Shown piece after piece: positions 8,484-17,770 of a stretch of 32,000 nucleotides of DNA (positions are counted from its first letter, which is position 1; each line of letters opens with the position of its first letter). The stretch is taken from contig JAIRQE010000019.1 in assembly GCA_031256725.1 (NCBI GenBank), positions 128,830-160,829 of the forward strand, written 5' to 3'. The notes beneath the pieces were generated by a model, which did not search any database, was not told where the DNA came from, and saw nothing but the letters and a program-made list of their open reading frames with translations. The stretch comes from Propionibacteriaceae bacterium (lineage in GTDB: Bacteria > Actinomycetota > Actinomycetes > Propionibacteriales > Propionibacteriaceae). The position numbers and the translations under genes are program-made.

Positions 8484-9734
8484 ATGAAGTATCTAAAACG
8501 CCTTGTTGACGAGGAACTTGTACAGGCTCTTCGCCGATCCGGAGCAGTCCTGATCGAAGGGGCTCGTGGATGTGGGAAAACTTCAACTGCGGAACGGGAG
8601 GCAGGCAGTGTTTTCCGCCTTGATACCGACCCGTTGACAGACCTCTACATGCAAACAGATCCTTCACAAATGCTTGAAGGGGCATCGCCTCGACTGCTTG
8701 ACGAGTGGCAAATACATCCAAAGATTTGGGATCTCGTGAGGCGGGCCGTTGATGATCGCCAGCGAAAGGGCCAATTCATCCTGACCGGTTCTGTAACCCC
8801 AGAGGATACGATTCGCCGCCATTCCGGCGCTGGACGATTCACAGTGATTCGAATGAGACCCTTGACTTTGTGGGAAGAAGGAAAAAGCGATGGGGAGGTG
8901 AGTCTAGGCCAGCTAAGAAAGACTTGTGAACTCCCAATGATGCAGTCACCACAACCAACTCTTAACGAATGGACCGAGATTCTCTGCCGAGGGGGATGGC
9001 CTGCCATGGTTGAAGCAGATCTGAGCGACTCCATGAGATACGTCAAAGATTATCTTGATCTGATTGTCAGCGTGGATGTGGGCATGACTTCAAGCAGAAA
9101 ACGTGATCCTATCAGAATGACGCGACTGATCGCCTCCCTTGCGCGAAACACCTCGTCTGAAGCTTCAATCAATACCTTGCGATCTGATGCAGGAGGACCT
9201 GATAATCCACTCGCCAGAGATACAACCTCGGATTACCTTGACATATTGGAAAGACTGATGGTGATTGAGCCATTACCTGCTTGGCAAACTGCTCTTCGTG
9301 GTTCAGCGACCCTCAGACAAGCCCCCAAATGGCATTTCGTTGACCCATCTTTGGCTGTAAGTGCGTTGAGAGCTAACCCAGCGAAAATCCTGAAAGAGCC
9401 GAAGACACTCGGAATGCTATTCGAATCCCTGGCAATACGGGACCTAAGAACATATGCAGAAGCGGATGGTGGAGTCACTTTTCACGCACGTGACTCGGTT
9501 GGGCGGGAGGCAGACCTGATCATTGAATACTCGGATGGGTGGATGGCCTGCGAAATCAAGTTGGGCATGGGACAAGCAGACCAAGCAGCTGAGTCCTTGA
9601 CTCGATTTTGCGCAGCAGTTGATACGCAAACTGTCGGTCCTTGTCTAGGAAAAATCGTCATCGTAGGGAATGGACCGGCATATCAAAGAAATGATGGGAT
9701 TATGGTTGTTCCTTTGGCCAGTCTCCGCCAATAG
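8484..9734 (+). CDS. AAA+ ATPase with C-terminal PD-(D/E)xK nuclease-like domain (AAA_14/DUF4143-type ATP-binding protein)
   Basis: Walker A is GARGCGKTS and Walker B is RLLDEWQ. The C-terminal motif GREADLIIEYSDGWMACEIKLG fits D...E-x-K of the restriction-endonuclease fold. Confidence 0.8.
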   Translation: MKYLKRLVDEELVQALRRSGAVLIEGARGCGKTSTAEREAGSVFRLDTDPLTDLYMQTDPSQMLEGASPRLLDEWQIHPKIWDLVRRAVDDRQRKGQFILTGSVTPEDTIRRHSGAGRFTVIRMRPLTLWEEGKSDGEVSLGQLRKTCELPMMQSPQPTLNEWTEILCRGGWPAMVEADLSDSMRYVKDYLDLIVSVDVGMTSSRKRDPIRMTRLIASLARNTSSEASINTLRSDAGGPDNPLARDTTSDYLDILERLMVIEPLPAWQTALRGSATLRQAPKWHFVDPSLAVSALRANPAKILKEPKTLGMLFESLAIRDLRTYAEADGGVTFHARDSVGREADLIIEYSDGWMACEIKLGMGQADQAAESLTRFCAAVDTQTVGPCLGKIVIVGNGPAYQRNDGIMVVPLASLRQ

Positions 9735-9873
9735 TGAACGCCAGTAAATCCCACTGTTTGAGAATCATGGTAAAGCAGAAATGGGCTTCGACAAGGAAAA
9801 ATGACAAGCCTGACAGTGTTCGGATAAAGTCGTATTTCCTCCACAATCATATTATCTTAATCATCCTATAGGT

Positions 9874-11232
9874 TTATTCCTCCAGCCATCCAGGGCCTGA
9901 AGGGTCTCCCTTTTCGGCCATTTGTACAGGTGTGGAACGCAGTTCAGAATCATCAAGGGCGAAGGTACGAACCGGGCCGGGTCCGGTCTCAGCGGTCTCA
10001 AACCTCACGGTTACTAGGCCTCGTCCTGTTCCCCAGACCCATCCGGGACCATAGAGATCATGGGTAACATCATCACCTGGGCGGTACCCCTGATAGGAGT
10101 GACGTACTGTTGCCTGGGGCAGTTCGATACGTGACTCGTCGCCACGAGCAGCGCTGATCTCGAAGAGAGCCTCCTGAGCTTGGGTCGTGAAGCCAGAGAC
10201 ACCGACACCGAGCAAGCGGATCCCATTGGCCAGCAGGTGATGCTGTTCGTGAAGGAGGGAGACTGCGACCCCTGCGATGGTTTCATCAGAGTCAACTGCA
10301 CCCAAGAGGGTACGTGAGCGTGTGTGGATCGTGAAGTCTGCCATCTTCAGTTTTAGGGTGATCGTACGAGCGAAAAACCTGGCCTTACGCAGACGCTTGG
10401 CCACCATGATGGCATCCCTAATAGTGACAGGCTCAAGTTCCTCTAGGGTTCGTAGATCCTTGTCGAAGGTGTCCTCAGTGGAAATAGACTTCACCTCACG
10501 GGAAGCAGAAACACCGCGATCATCGTGGGCATAGGCTAAGGCGGTCAGCCACTCGGCTGTGAGGTTGCCGAGTTCGCGTCTCAACTCATTGGGTGTAGCC
10601 TCACGCAACTCTGCCACCGTTTTGATCCCTAACCTTTGGAGTCTTTCGGCGGTCGCAGGGCCGACCCCAGGGATAGCGCGTACGTTCAGGAAGAGAATGT
10701 GGTCGGCTTCTGTACCGACTTCAATGATCTTTAAACCATCAGGTTTGGCCTCTTCTGAGGCCAACTTCGCCATGAACTTGCTTGAACCTATGCCCACGGA
10801 TGCCGTGAGTCCCCCTGTAGTTTCGCGTACCTCGTGACGTAGATTCTCACCCAACCTTGTCAAAGCTTCAGCAGAGAAATCCGTGACTCCCCCAGCCCTC
10901 AGATCCACGAAGGCTTCATCAAGGCTTAGGGGTTCCACTAGGGGAGACAGTCCCTTTAAGATGGTCATCACCTGCGCTGAGGCGATCCTATAGGGGTTGA
11001 AACGCCCGGACAGAAAAGCAGCATTGGGACACAGACGTCGAGCTTCATGGGTCGGCATTGCAGAATGTACACCGAAGCGCCGAGCTTCATAAGAGGCCGT
11101 TGAGACGACGCCCCGACCAGAGACCCCACCGACGACCACGGGTTTCCCCCGAAGACTGGGTTTATCCCTTTGCTCGACTGCGGCAAAGAACGCATCGAGA
11201 TCCAGGTGAAGGATGGATGCCTCAGACCGCAT
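9874..11232 (-). CDS. dinB: DNA polymerase IV (Y-family)
   Basis: N-terminus ILHLDLDAFFAAVEQRDKPSLRGKPVVVGG carries the catalytic DxD, followed by Y-family palm, thumb and little-finger domains. The start overlaps the folA stop by 11 nt. Confidence 0.93.
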   Translation of the reverse strand: MRSEASILHLDLDAFFAAVEQRDKPSLRGKPVVVGGVSGRGVVSTASYEARRFGVHSAMPTHEARRLCPNAAFLSGRFNPYRIASAQVMTILKGLSPLVEPLSLDEAFVDLRAGGVTDFSAEALTRLGENLRHEVRETTGGLTASVGIGSSKFMAKLASEEAKPDGLKIIEVGTEADHILFLNVRAIPGVGPATAERLQRLGIKTVAELREATPNELRRELGNLTAEWLTALAYAHDDRGVSASREVKSISTEDTFDKDLRTLEELEPVTIRDAIMVAKRLRKARFFARTITLKLKMADFTIHTRSRTLLGAVDSDETIAGVAVSLLHEQHHLLANGIRLLGVGVSGFTTQAQEALFEISAARGDESRIELPQATVRHSYQGYRPGDDVTHDLYGPGWVWGTGRGLVTVRFETAETGPGPVRTFALDDSELRSTPVQMAEKGDPSGPGWLEE

Positions 11233-11782
11233 CTGAGGTCAGAGCCCCCAAAGCATCGACAGCGTCCGAACCTATGCGTTCATAGGTGACAAAATCGAAC
11301 TCATCCCTCGGCTCGCGGCTGGTTTGCCTCCAATGAACCGGGTCAATCTGGGGGAAGGTCACCTGCCCCTTAGGCGCCAGCCTGACCTCAGTTAGATCAA
11401 GATGGGTGGTGTAGGGCCACAGAACCCGATAGATCTCTCCCCCACCAATGGACCACCATCGCTGCTCAGGCCGTACAGCAAGCAGACGCCCGATCTGCTG
11501 AATCTGTGAGACTGACACAACCTCGGATCCTCTGGTATTGCTCGGTTTCCACAGCCTGCTCCTCGTCAAAACGATAGAGGTACGCCCCGGAAGCGCGCCA
11601 CCGAGAGAATCATAGGTACGCCGACCCATGATCAAGACCCCACCCATAGTCACACGCTTGAAGCGACCGAAATCCTCTGGAAGATGCCACAAGAGTTGGT
11701 CACCATCCCCAATCACTGCGTTCTCACCCACAGCAGCGATAGCTGTCAGGGAAGGAAAGGGCCACTCACTCTTGATCATCAC
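11222..11782 (-). CDS. folA: Dihydrofolate reductase
   Basis: DHFR motifs are [50 protein letters not shown]-type 4-nt overlap with thyA. Confidence 0.9.
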   Translation of the reverse strand: MMIKSEWPFPSLTAIAAVGENAVIGDGDQLLWHLPEDFGRFKRVTMGGVLIMGRRTYDSLGGALPGRTSIVLTRSRLWKPSNTRGSEVVSVSQIQQIGRLLAVRPEQRWWSIGGGEIYRVLWPYTTHLDLTEVRLAPKGQVTFPQIDPVHWRQTSREPRDEFDFVTYERIGSDAVDALGALTSDAV

Positions 11783-12573
11783 ACTGCAATCGGGGCTGGT
11801 ATCGCGAGTTCAGGATCGTACCCATCAACACGGATATCACTCAACTCGAAGGCATCAATATCTGTGACATCTGGGTTGATCCACAGTTGCGGAAGTACGC
11901 GGGGAGCACGACTCAACTGCAGTCGCGCCTGATCAAGGTGGTTGGTGTACAGGTGGGCATCACCGAAGGTGTGAACGAACTCCCCCACCTTGAGACCAGT
12001 GACCTGAGCAACCAGGTGGGTCAACAGCGCATAGGAAGCAATATTGAAAGGAACACCCAGGAAAACATCAGCCGATCGTTGATACAACTGACAGGACAGC
12101 TTCCCCTCCCCAACATAGAACTGGAACATCGTATGACAGGGTGGCAAGGCCATCTGATCCATATCAGCCACATTCCACGCCGACACAATATGTCTGCGTG
12201 AATCAGGGTTGGTACGGATCTGGTTGATCACCTGGGAAATCTGATCAATATGGCGGCCATCAGGGGTGGGCCAGCTACGCCATTGGTATCCATAAATCGG
12301 CCCCAAATCCCCGGATTCATCAGCCCATTCATCCCAGATCGTGATCTTGTTTTCGTGGAGCCAAGCAATATTGGTGTCCCCCTTGAGGAACCACAACAAC
12401 TCACCAAAAACGGATCGGATATGGATCTTCTTCGTGGTGACGAGGGGAAATCCTTGAGACAAGTCGAATCTCATCTGATGACCAAAAATGGATAGGGTCC
12501 CTGTTCCTGTCCGATCAGACTTCTCTACACCCTCATCGATGATGCGCTGTACCAAGTCAAGATATTGCTTCAT
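11779..12573 (-). CDS. thyA: Thymidylate synthase (ThyA type)
   Basis: [38 protein letters not shown], plus the active-site region [13 protein letters not shown]. 264 aa, the canonical length. Confidence 0.97.
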   Translation of the reverse strand: MKQYLDLVQRIIDEGVEKSDRTGTGTLSIFGHQMRFDLSQGFPLVTTKKIHIRSVFGELLWFLKGDTNIAWLHENKITIWDEWADESGDLGPIYGYQWRSWPTPDGRHIDQISQVINQIRTNPDSRRHIVSAWNVADMDQMALPPCHTMFQFYVGEGKLSCQLYQRSADVFLGVPFNIASYALLTHLVAQVTGLKVGEFVHTFGDAHLYTNHLDQARLQLSRAPRVLPQLWINPDVTDIDAFELSDIRVDGYDPELAIPAPIAV

Positions 12574-12576
12574 AAC

Positions 12577-13317
12577 TCACGATCCATCCGCTGTCTGGAT
12601 GATGCGACTTCGCGCAGCATGATGGGAATCCTGTGTACAACACCTGTCATCCCGCGCAGTACCACCGTCATCCTGCGTGCCACCACTGTCATCCTGCGCG
12701 CAGACGCAGGATCCAACACAACAGGAAGCCAACTCTTCAATCCGGGGAATCATCGCCCTCAAAGCCCGACCTCGGTGGCTGATGGCATCCTTTTCCTCAT
12801 CAGTCATCTCAGCAGTTGTCCGTGTTTCCCCTTCTGGGACGAAGATTGGGTCGTACCCAAACCCATGATCCCCGCGAGGAACCCGCGCAAGATTACCTTC
12901 AACGACTCCACGGACAACAATCTCCTGATCACCAGTGACCACAGCCATCGCACACACAAATCGCGCACTACGACGCTCATCATCGACGTCTTCAATCTGG
13001 CGAATCAACAGATCAAGATTCACGCCATCACCCGCGTCACTACCAGCCCAGCGAGCTGATCGCACTCCTGGCATTTGATTCAGGACATCGACCTCAATTC
13101 CCGAGTCGTCGGCAAGGGTCACCAACCCTGTTTGATTAAACCCGACCCGAGCTTTGATCAGGGCATTCTCTTCAAAGGTTGCACCATTCTCAACAGGTTC
13201 AGGATAGGGCTCAACATTAGCCAAGCCCACAACCTCAACAGAAACCGACGCTGAATCAAGAATTCTCCTCAGTTCTGTGACCTTATGGGCGGAACCGCTG
13301 GCCAGAAGTAGCTTCAT
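12577..13317 (-). CDS. rdgB: Non-canonical purine NTP pyrophosphatase (RdgB/HAM1) with a ~50-aa Cys-rich repeat-encoded C-terminal extension
   Basis: MKLLLASGSAHKVTELRRIL...FGYDPIF...EKDAISHRGRALRAM matches the Ham1 family. The ORF continues past the usual end through SCCVGSCVCAQDDSGGTQDDGGTARDDRCCTQD to a stop 3 nt before the thyA ATG. Confidence 0.88.
   Translation of the reverse strand: MKLLLASGSAHKVTELRRILDSASVSVEVVGLANVEPYPEPVENGATFEENALIKARVGFNQTGLVTLADDSGIEVDVLNQMPGVRSARWAGSDAGDGVNLDLLIRQIEDVDDERRSARFVCAMAVVTGDQEIVVRGVVEGNLARVPRGDHGFGYDPIFVPEGETRTTAEMTDEEKDAISHRGRALRAMIPRIEELASCCVGSCVCAQDDSGGTQDDGGTARDDRCCTQDSHHAARSRIIQTADGS
12641..12712. repeat. Three imperfect ~20-bp tandem repeats plus an 8-bp-stem hairpin inside the rdgB 3' extension
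   Basis: Units are CACCTGTCATCCCGCGCAGT, ACCACCGTCATCCTGCGTGC and CACCACTGTCATCCTGCGCGC. ATCCTGCG (12691-12698) pairs with CGCAGGAT (12705-12712) across a 6-nt loop. Confidence 0.75.
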
Positions 13318-14037
13318 TCAGGACTCCAAACTGAGTCGCTGGATCTCAGCCAACTGTGCACACCCCGCCAGTCCATAATCCATCAACATGTCGAGTTCCT
13401 TACGACTGAAGGGATCACCTTCCGCCGTACCCTGTACTTCGACAAGACGACCATCCCCAGTCGCAACGATGTTAAGGTCAACCTGGGCCCGCGAATCCTC
13501 TTCATAAGGCAGGTCAAGCATGGTCACACCATCAATGATTCCCACAGAGATCGCCGACACAGATCCAAGCAAGGGCTCCGAAACCAGTAGTTTGCGTTCC
13601 CTCAACCAGGACACCGCATCAGCCAAGGCCACATAGGCCCCTGTGATGGAAGCAGTACGCGTTCCCCCATCGGCCTGCAAAACATCACAGTCGATGTGGA
13701 TCGTATTCTCCCCCAAAGCCTTATAGTCGATGATGGCGCGAAGACTGCGACCAATCAGGCGCGAAATTTCATGGGTACGACCTCCAATGCGCCCACGTAC
13801 AGACTCTCGATCATTGCGAGTCTCGGTCGCCCTAGGCAACATGGCGTACTCCGCTGTCACCCAGCCTTGACCGGAATCCTTGCGCCACCTGGGCACCCCT
13901 GGTGTTACTGAGGCCGCCACGAGGACCTTCGTCTTGCCGAACTCGACCAAGACTGATCCTTCAGCAGCATCAAGCCAATTCCTTGTGATTCTTACTGGGC
14001 GAAGTTCATCCGCCTGCCTACCATCTGCTCTACTCAT
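13318..14037 (-). CDS. rph: Ribonuclease PH
   Basis: [39 protein letters not shown] and [19 protein letters not shown] are RNase PH signatures. Abuts rdgB with no gap. Confidence 0.95.
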   Translation of the reverse strand: MSRADGRQADELRPVRITRNWLDAAEGSVLVEFGKTKVLVAASVTPGVPRWRKDSGQGWVTAEYAMLPRATETRNDRESVRGRIGGRTHEISRLIGRSLRAIIDYKALGENTIHIDCDVLQADGGTRTASITGAYVALADAVSWLRERKLLVSEPLLGSVSAISVGIIDGVTMLDLPYEEDSRAQVDLNIVATGDGRLVEVQGTAEGDPFSRKELDMLMDYGLAGCAQLAEIQRLSLES

Positions 14038-14861
14038 AGTTCCACCCTAACGTGCTCTAGAGACAATTCTTCACAGGCCTCTGCTGTACTCACAAAATCA
14101 CCCAAGAGTCGCGAGGCAATCCGCGCAAACCTATCCGGGCTTCCAGTTGTCAGGAAACGTCTGATTCCCTGGGTCTTTGGGGCCAGCAAACCCTCCCGAG
14201 CCAAGAGAGCATAAGTGGAATTCGCGCACTCCTCAGCCGAGGACACCAACGTCACCTCATCACCAAGTACATAAGAAATCACACCAGACAACAAAGGATA
14301 ATGAGTACACCCCAAGATCACCGTGTCTGCACCATAATCAGTCACAGGCTCTAAGTACTCCTGAGCGACCCCCAACAACTCCTCACCACCAGTGATCCCA
14401 GCCTCAACAAACTCCACAAACCGTGGGCACACAGCCGTCATCAAATCCACACCCGTCGCCGCAACAGCATCCGCATAAGCCCCCGAAGTCGCTGTCGCTT
14501 GAGTAGAAAGTACTGCAATCCTCCCCTTATGAGAAACCCTCACTGCTCGACGAGCAGCCGGAAGTACCACCTCAGCCACAGGGATCGCGTACCTCTCACG
14601 GGCATCAGCCAAAACAGCCGAAGAAGCCGAATTACACGCAATGACAAGGGCTTTCACGCCCATATCGACCAGAGCATCCAAACACGCGAGTGCATACTGA
14701 CGTACCTCCGCAATAGGACGCGGACCATAAGGGGCCCGAGCAGTATCCCCAAGATAAATAATGTCCTCACCAGGCAACTGATCCACAATCGCCCGAGCGA
14801 CAGTCAACCCCCCAAACCCCGAATCAAAGATCCCCACCGGGGAATTCACCTTATTACTCAC
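14034..14861 (-). CDS. murI: Glutamate racemase
   Basis: [17 protein letters not shown], with the catalytic Cys contexts VIACNSAS and ILGCTHYP. 4-nt overlap with rph. Confidence 0.95.
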   Translation of the reverse strand: MSNKVNSPVGIFDSGFGGLTVARAIVDQLPGEDIIYLGDTARAPYGPRPIAEVRQYALACLDALVDMGVKALVIACNSASSAVLADARERYAIPVAEVVLPAARRAVRVSHKGRIAVLSTQATATSGAYADAVAATGVDLMTAVCPRFVEFVEAGITGGEELLGVAQEYLEPVTDYGADTVILGCTHYPLLSGVISYVLGDEVTLVSSAEECANSTYALLAREGLLAPKTQGIRRFLTTGSPDRFARIASRLLGDFVSTAEACEELSLEHVRVEL

Positions 14862-15183
14862 CCTCCTATCGTAGAGGTTCAGTTACTCAGAGCAATCCTC
14901 AGGTTTGTATCGGACTGTGAAAACATGTGCAAGAATCTTCGTTTTCAGCCAAGTCTAGAATCTTGTCACTGTTTTCCACGCTGTGGTGGTCGAATACGGG
15001 AAACAGGTACAACTCTCTCAACCGACCGAAATTCGAGGGGTCATCTGCGATCAGTTGTTGTACGTGGTACCACCCAACTCAAACCTAAGCTCCTAGTGGT
15101 GTGACGATGAATAAAAGACCACATACCCCCTGTTACTAGGGAAAATGGTGATTGTTGTTCTCCGCAAACATAATCGATTGCCC

Positions 15184-15248
15184 CTCACTAATTTCTAGTG
15201 AGTAGTACATCTCGGCATCATTAGTTCCTCATGATTCATAGGAATCAT
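15184..15248. promoter_or_regulatory. Two short palindromes in the leader of the cai/fix-like operon (candidate operators)
   Basis: CTCACTA-ATTTC-TAGTGAG at 15184-15202 and ATGATTC-ATAG-GAATCAT at 15231-15248. Both were checked by hand. They lie about 100-165 bp upstream of ATG 15350. Confidence 0.3.
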
Positions 15249-15349
15249 CACATCTGTGGGATGGGAGAGTGGCTCAGGCCCCGCATCATTGTGGAGAAAC
15301 CCTTCTGGACGACTAGCAATGGCGCCCTGAGAACCACGAAAGGTCCACA

Positions 15350-16747
15350 ATGACACAAGTAAAGGCCTCTTCGACAGAAGAGAAAACTTATAGTCAACTT
15401 AGCGCAGGTCGGCGCTGGTTCCTATTGATCCTTGCCAGCATTGGCAGTTCTATTATTTATGCCCCTGCCTATCTGAAGGCTGTTTTTTACGATCCATTGA
15501 TGCAAGCCCTTGGTGTCACAAACACCCAATTGGGTGCAGTCTTTGGCGCTTATGCCATTACTGCATTGGTCTGCTACCTGCCCTCTGGGATCATCGCTGA
15601 CAAGGTGCGTATGCGTACCCTCTCTAGCGTTGGATTCATTTCAACAGGCATCCTGACCGCAATCTATGCGATGCTTCCGAGCCTGACCGTTCTATATATT
15701 CTGTTCATCTCTATGGGCGTCACAACGATCCTCATTTGGTGGGGAGTTCGGTACAAGCTGGTTCGCTTGGTATCCACAGAAGAGCAGTACCCAAGGAGAA
15801 TAGGTATCTCCTATGGCTTCTATGGTGCAGCAGGTCTCATTATCGGTCTCATCTCAACTTGGGTCGTTACGATGGTTGGCGAAAACCTCAAACTTGGCGT
15901 CTCCATCTACCTGGGCTTCCTCGCTGTTGTGATCACGACGCTGGGTATTCTCTCCTGGATCTTCATTCCCAAGTTCGCTGGCGAAATCAAGACCGATGGT
16001 CAGGGCTTCTCGTTGACAGAGTTCACGAGTGCATTCCGTAACCCCGTGGTATGGATTGCAGCTATCTCACTGTTCTTCGTGTACTTCTACTACACAGGTG
16101 TGACCTACACCACACCGTACCTCACTGGTGTTCTGGGAGCCTCCCTGGTTCTCACCACCATCGTTGCCAACATTCGTACATATGGTATCACTTTGTTGTC
16201 GGGACCGATCTTCGGATACATCTCATCCAAGTTCAAGCCATCCATCACAATTGCTGTCGGCTCAGTATGCTTCGTTGTCGCTTTGGGAGCTATGATGCTC
16301 CTTCCTCCAGGCCCGGCCATGGTCATCGTCGCCTTGGTGCTCGTCGTCGTACTTGGATTCATCGCCAATGGCGCCTTCTCTGTCGTCTCAGCTCAGTTGA
16401 CTGAAGGCAAGGTACCGCTTCACTACTTCGGTGCAGCCACTGGCTTGCTCTCCATCATCGGCTTCCTTCCAGACACCTTCTCCTCGACATGGTTCGGCGC
16501 CATCATGGATGCCGGCATTGACGCATCAGGCAATGTTGGCGCTGGAGCCTACCAGACGATCTTCATGATCCTCATCGGTTCAGCAGTACTCGCGGCCGTC
16601 TTCTCCCTAGTCCTGTACCTCTACCTTCGCAACAAGAAGAACAAGGGTACGGACGAGGTCGCAGATGGTACCTCTGCTGCGGGCGAAGCAGAAGATTCTG
16701 TGAGCAACTCCTCTGACCTCGTTTACGACAACACTGACAACGACTAA
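15350..16747 (+). CDS. MFS transporter (about 12 TM) with an acidic, serine-rich C-terminal tail
   Basis: 465 aa with repeated hydrophobic helices and an MFS loop motif, GIIADKVRMRTL. RBS GAAAGG lies 6 nt upstream. First gene of the operon. Confidence 0.85.
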   Translation: MTQVKASSTEEKTYSQLSAGRRWFLLILASIGSSIIYAPAYLKAVFYDPLMQALGVTNTQLGAVFGAYAITALVCYLPSGIIADKVRMRTLSSVGFISTGILTAIYAMLPSLTVLYILFISMGVTTILIWWGVRYKLVRLVSTEEQYPRRIGISYGFYGAAGLIIGLISTWVVTMVGENLKLGVSIYLGFLAVVITTLGILSWIFIPKFAGEIKTDGQGFSLTEFTSAFRNPVVWIAAISLFFVYFYYTGVTYTTPYLTGVLGASLVLTTIVANIRTYGITLLSGPIFGYISSKFKPSITIAVGSVCFVVALGAMMLLPPGPAMVIVALVLVVVLGFIANGAFSVVSAQLTEGKVPLHYFGAATGLLSIIGFLPDTFSSTWFGAIMDAGIDASGNVGAGAYQTIFMILIGSAVLAAVFSLVLYLYLRNKKNKGTDEVADGTSAAGEAEDSVSNSSDLVYDNTDND

Positions 16748-16759
16748 GAGGTCCCCACG

Positions 16760-17740
16760 ATGACCGCATCCAATAAGCTCAATGTTCTTCAGTTGATCTC
16801 TGATGACATGCAAGCTGTAATCCAGAAGTCAGCAGAACTGGCACCCGATGCCTATGATGTGAATGCTGGTTTGGACTCCATGCGTACCGCCTATAGTAAA
16901 GAACGCGCGTACTGGAATGAAGGCGGACCTGAGGTCCCCTACACGGATGCGGTCATCACCACCTCTCAAGGCGATGTACCTGTTCGCTTCCACACCCCCA
17001 CTCACGAGGTCTCCCCTGCGATTATCTATATCCACGGTGGCGGCTTCATCCTCGGTGGCCTGGATACCCATGATCGCATCATGCGTATCCTGGCTGACCA
17101 AACTGGGGCAACCGTCGTGGGAGTCGACTATTCTCTCTCACCTGAAGCCAAGCATCCTCGCGCACTTCGTGAATGTGTCGAGCTTGCCCAGTACCTTCAC
17201 ACCCATGGGTCGAAGCACGGAATTGATGGGGACTCCATTAGTTTCGCTGGTGACTCTGGTGGAGCCTTCCTGAGCTTGGCTTCCTACCTTTACCTTAAAA
17301 ACGAGGTTGATGGTGCTCGATATATTCAAGCATTGATCCTCTATTACGGACTCTATGGTCTTCGCGACTCAGTTTCACGTCGCCTCATGGGTGGCACCTG
17401 GGACGGATTGACCGAAGAGGATCTGGCTTATTACATGGACTCCTATCTTGCCGATCCGGCTGATGCGCGTAGTCCCTATGTCGACTGCCTGAGCGCCGAC
17501 CTCTCTACAGTACCGCCCTGTTTCATTGCAGCGGCCGAGTACGATCCCCTGATCGATGATTCGGCAGCCCTTGCGGCAGTACTGAGCAAACACGGGCTAC
17601 ACCACCGCTATGTGGTGTATGCCGGTGTTTTGCACGCCTTCCTCCACAATTCCCGCCACCTCGATACCGCTATGGATGCACTCGTCGATGGGGCTCAGTT
17701 CTTCCGTGACCTCGTGAAGAACCCACAAACCTCCCTATAA
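16760..17740 (+). CDS. aes: Alpha/beta-hydrolase, hormone-sensitive-lipase family esterase (Aes/acetyl-esterase-like)
   Basis: Oxyanion motif IYIHGGGFILGGLDTHDRIMR, nucleophile elbow FAGDSGGA, acid DPLIDD and His in VLHAFLH. By eye it is collinear with E. coli Aes as I recall it. Confidence 0.8.
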   Translation: MTASNKLNVLQLISDDMQAVIQKSAELAPDAYDVNAGLDSMRTAYSKERAYWNEGGPEVPYTDAVITTSQGDVPVRFHTPTHEVSPAIIYIHGGGFILGGLDTHDRIMRILADQTGATVVGVDYSLSPEAKHPRALRECVELAQYLHTHGSKHGIDGDSISFAGDSGGAFLSLASYLYLKNEVDGARYIQALILYYGLYGLRDSVSRRLMGGTWDGLTEEDLAYYMDSYLADPADARSPYVDCLSADLSTVPPCFIAAAEYDPLIDDSAALAAVLSKHGLHHRYVVYAGVLHAFLHNSRHLDTAMDALVDGAQFFRDLVKNPQTSL

Positions 17741-17770
17741 ACCACCGAATAAGAAACAAGGAGAACCATA

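Noticed and set aside
12565-13059. 164-aa plus-strand ORF antisense to rdgB
   Set aside because: It is a shadow ORF of a well-supported gene. Its repeat peptide (TTVILRA x2) simply mirrors the tandem DNA repeats.
14499-15104. 201-aa plus-strand ORF overlapping murI
   Set aside because: It lies antisense to the well-supported murI, and the translation is Arg/Pro/Ser/Thr/His-rich and not protein-like. It is a shadow ORF.
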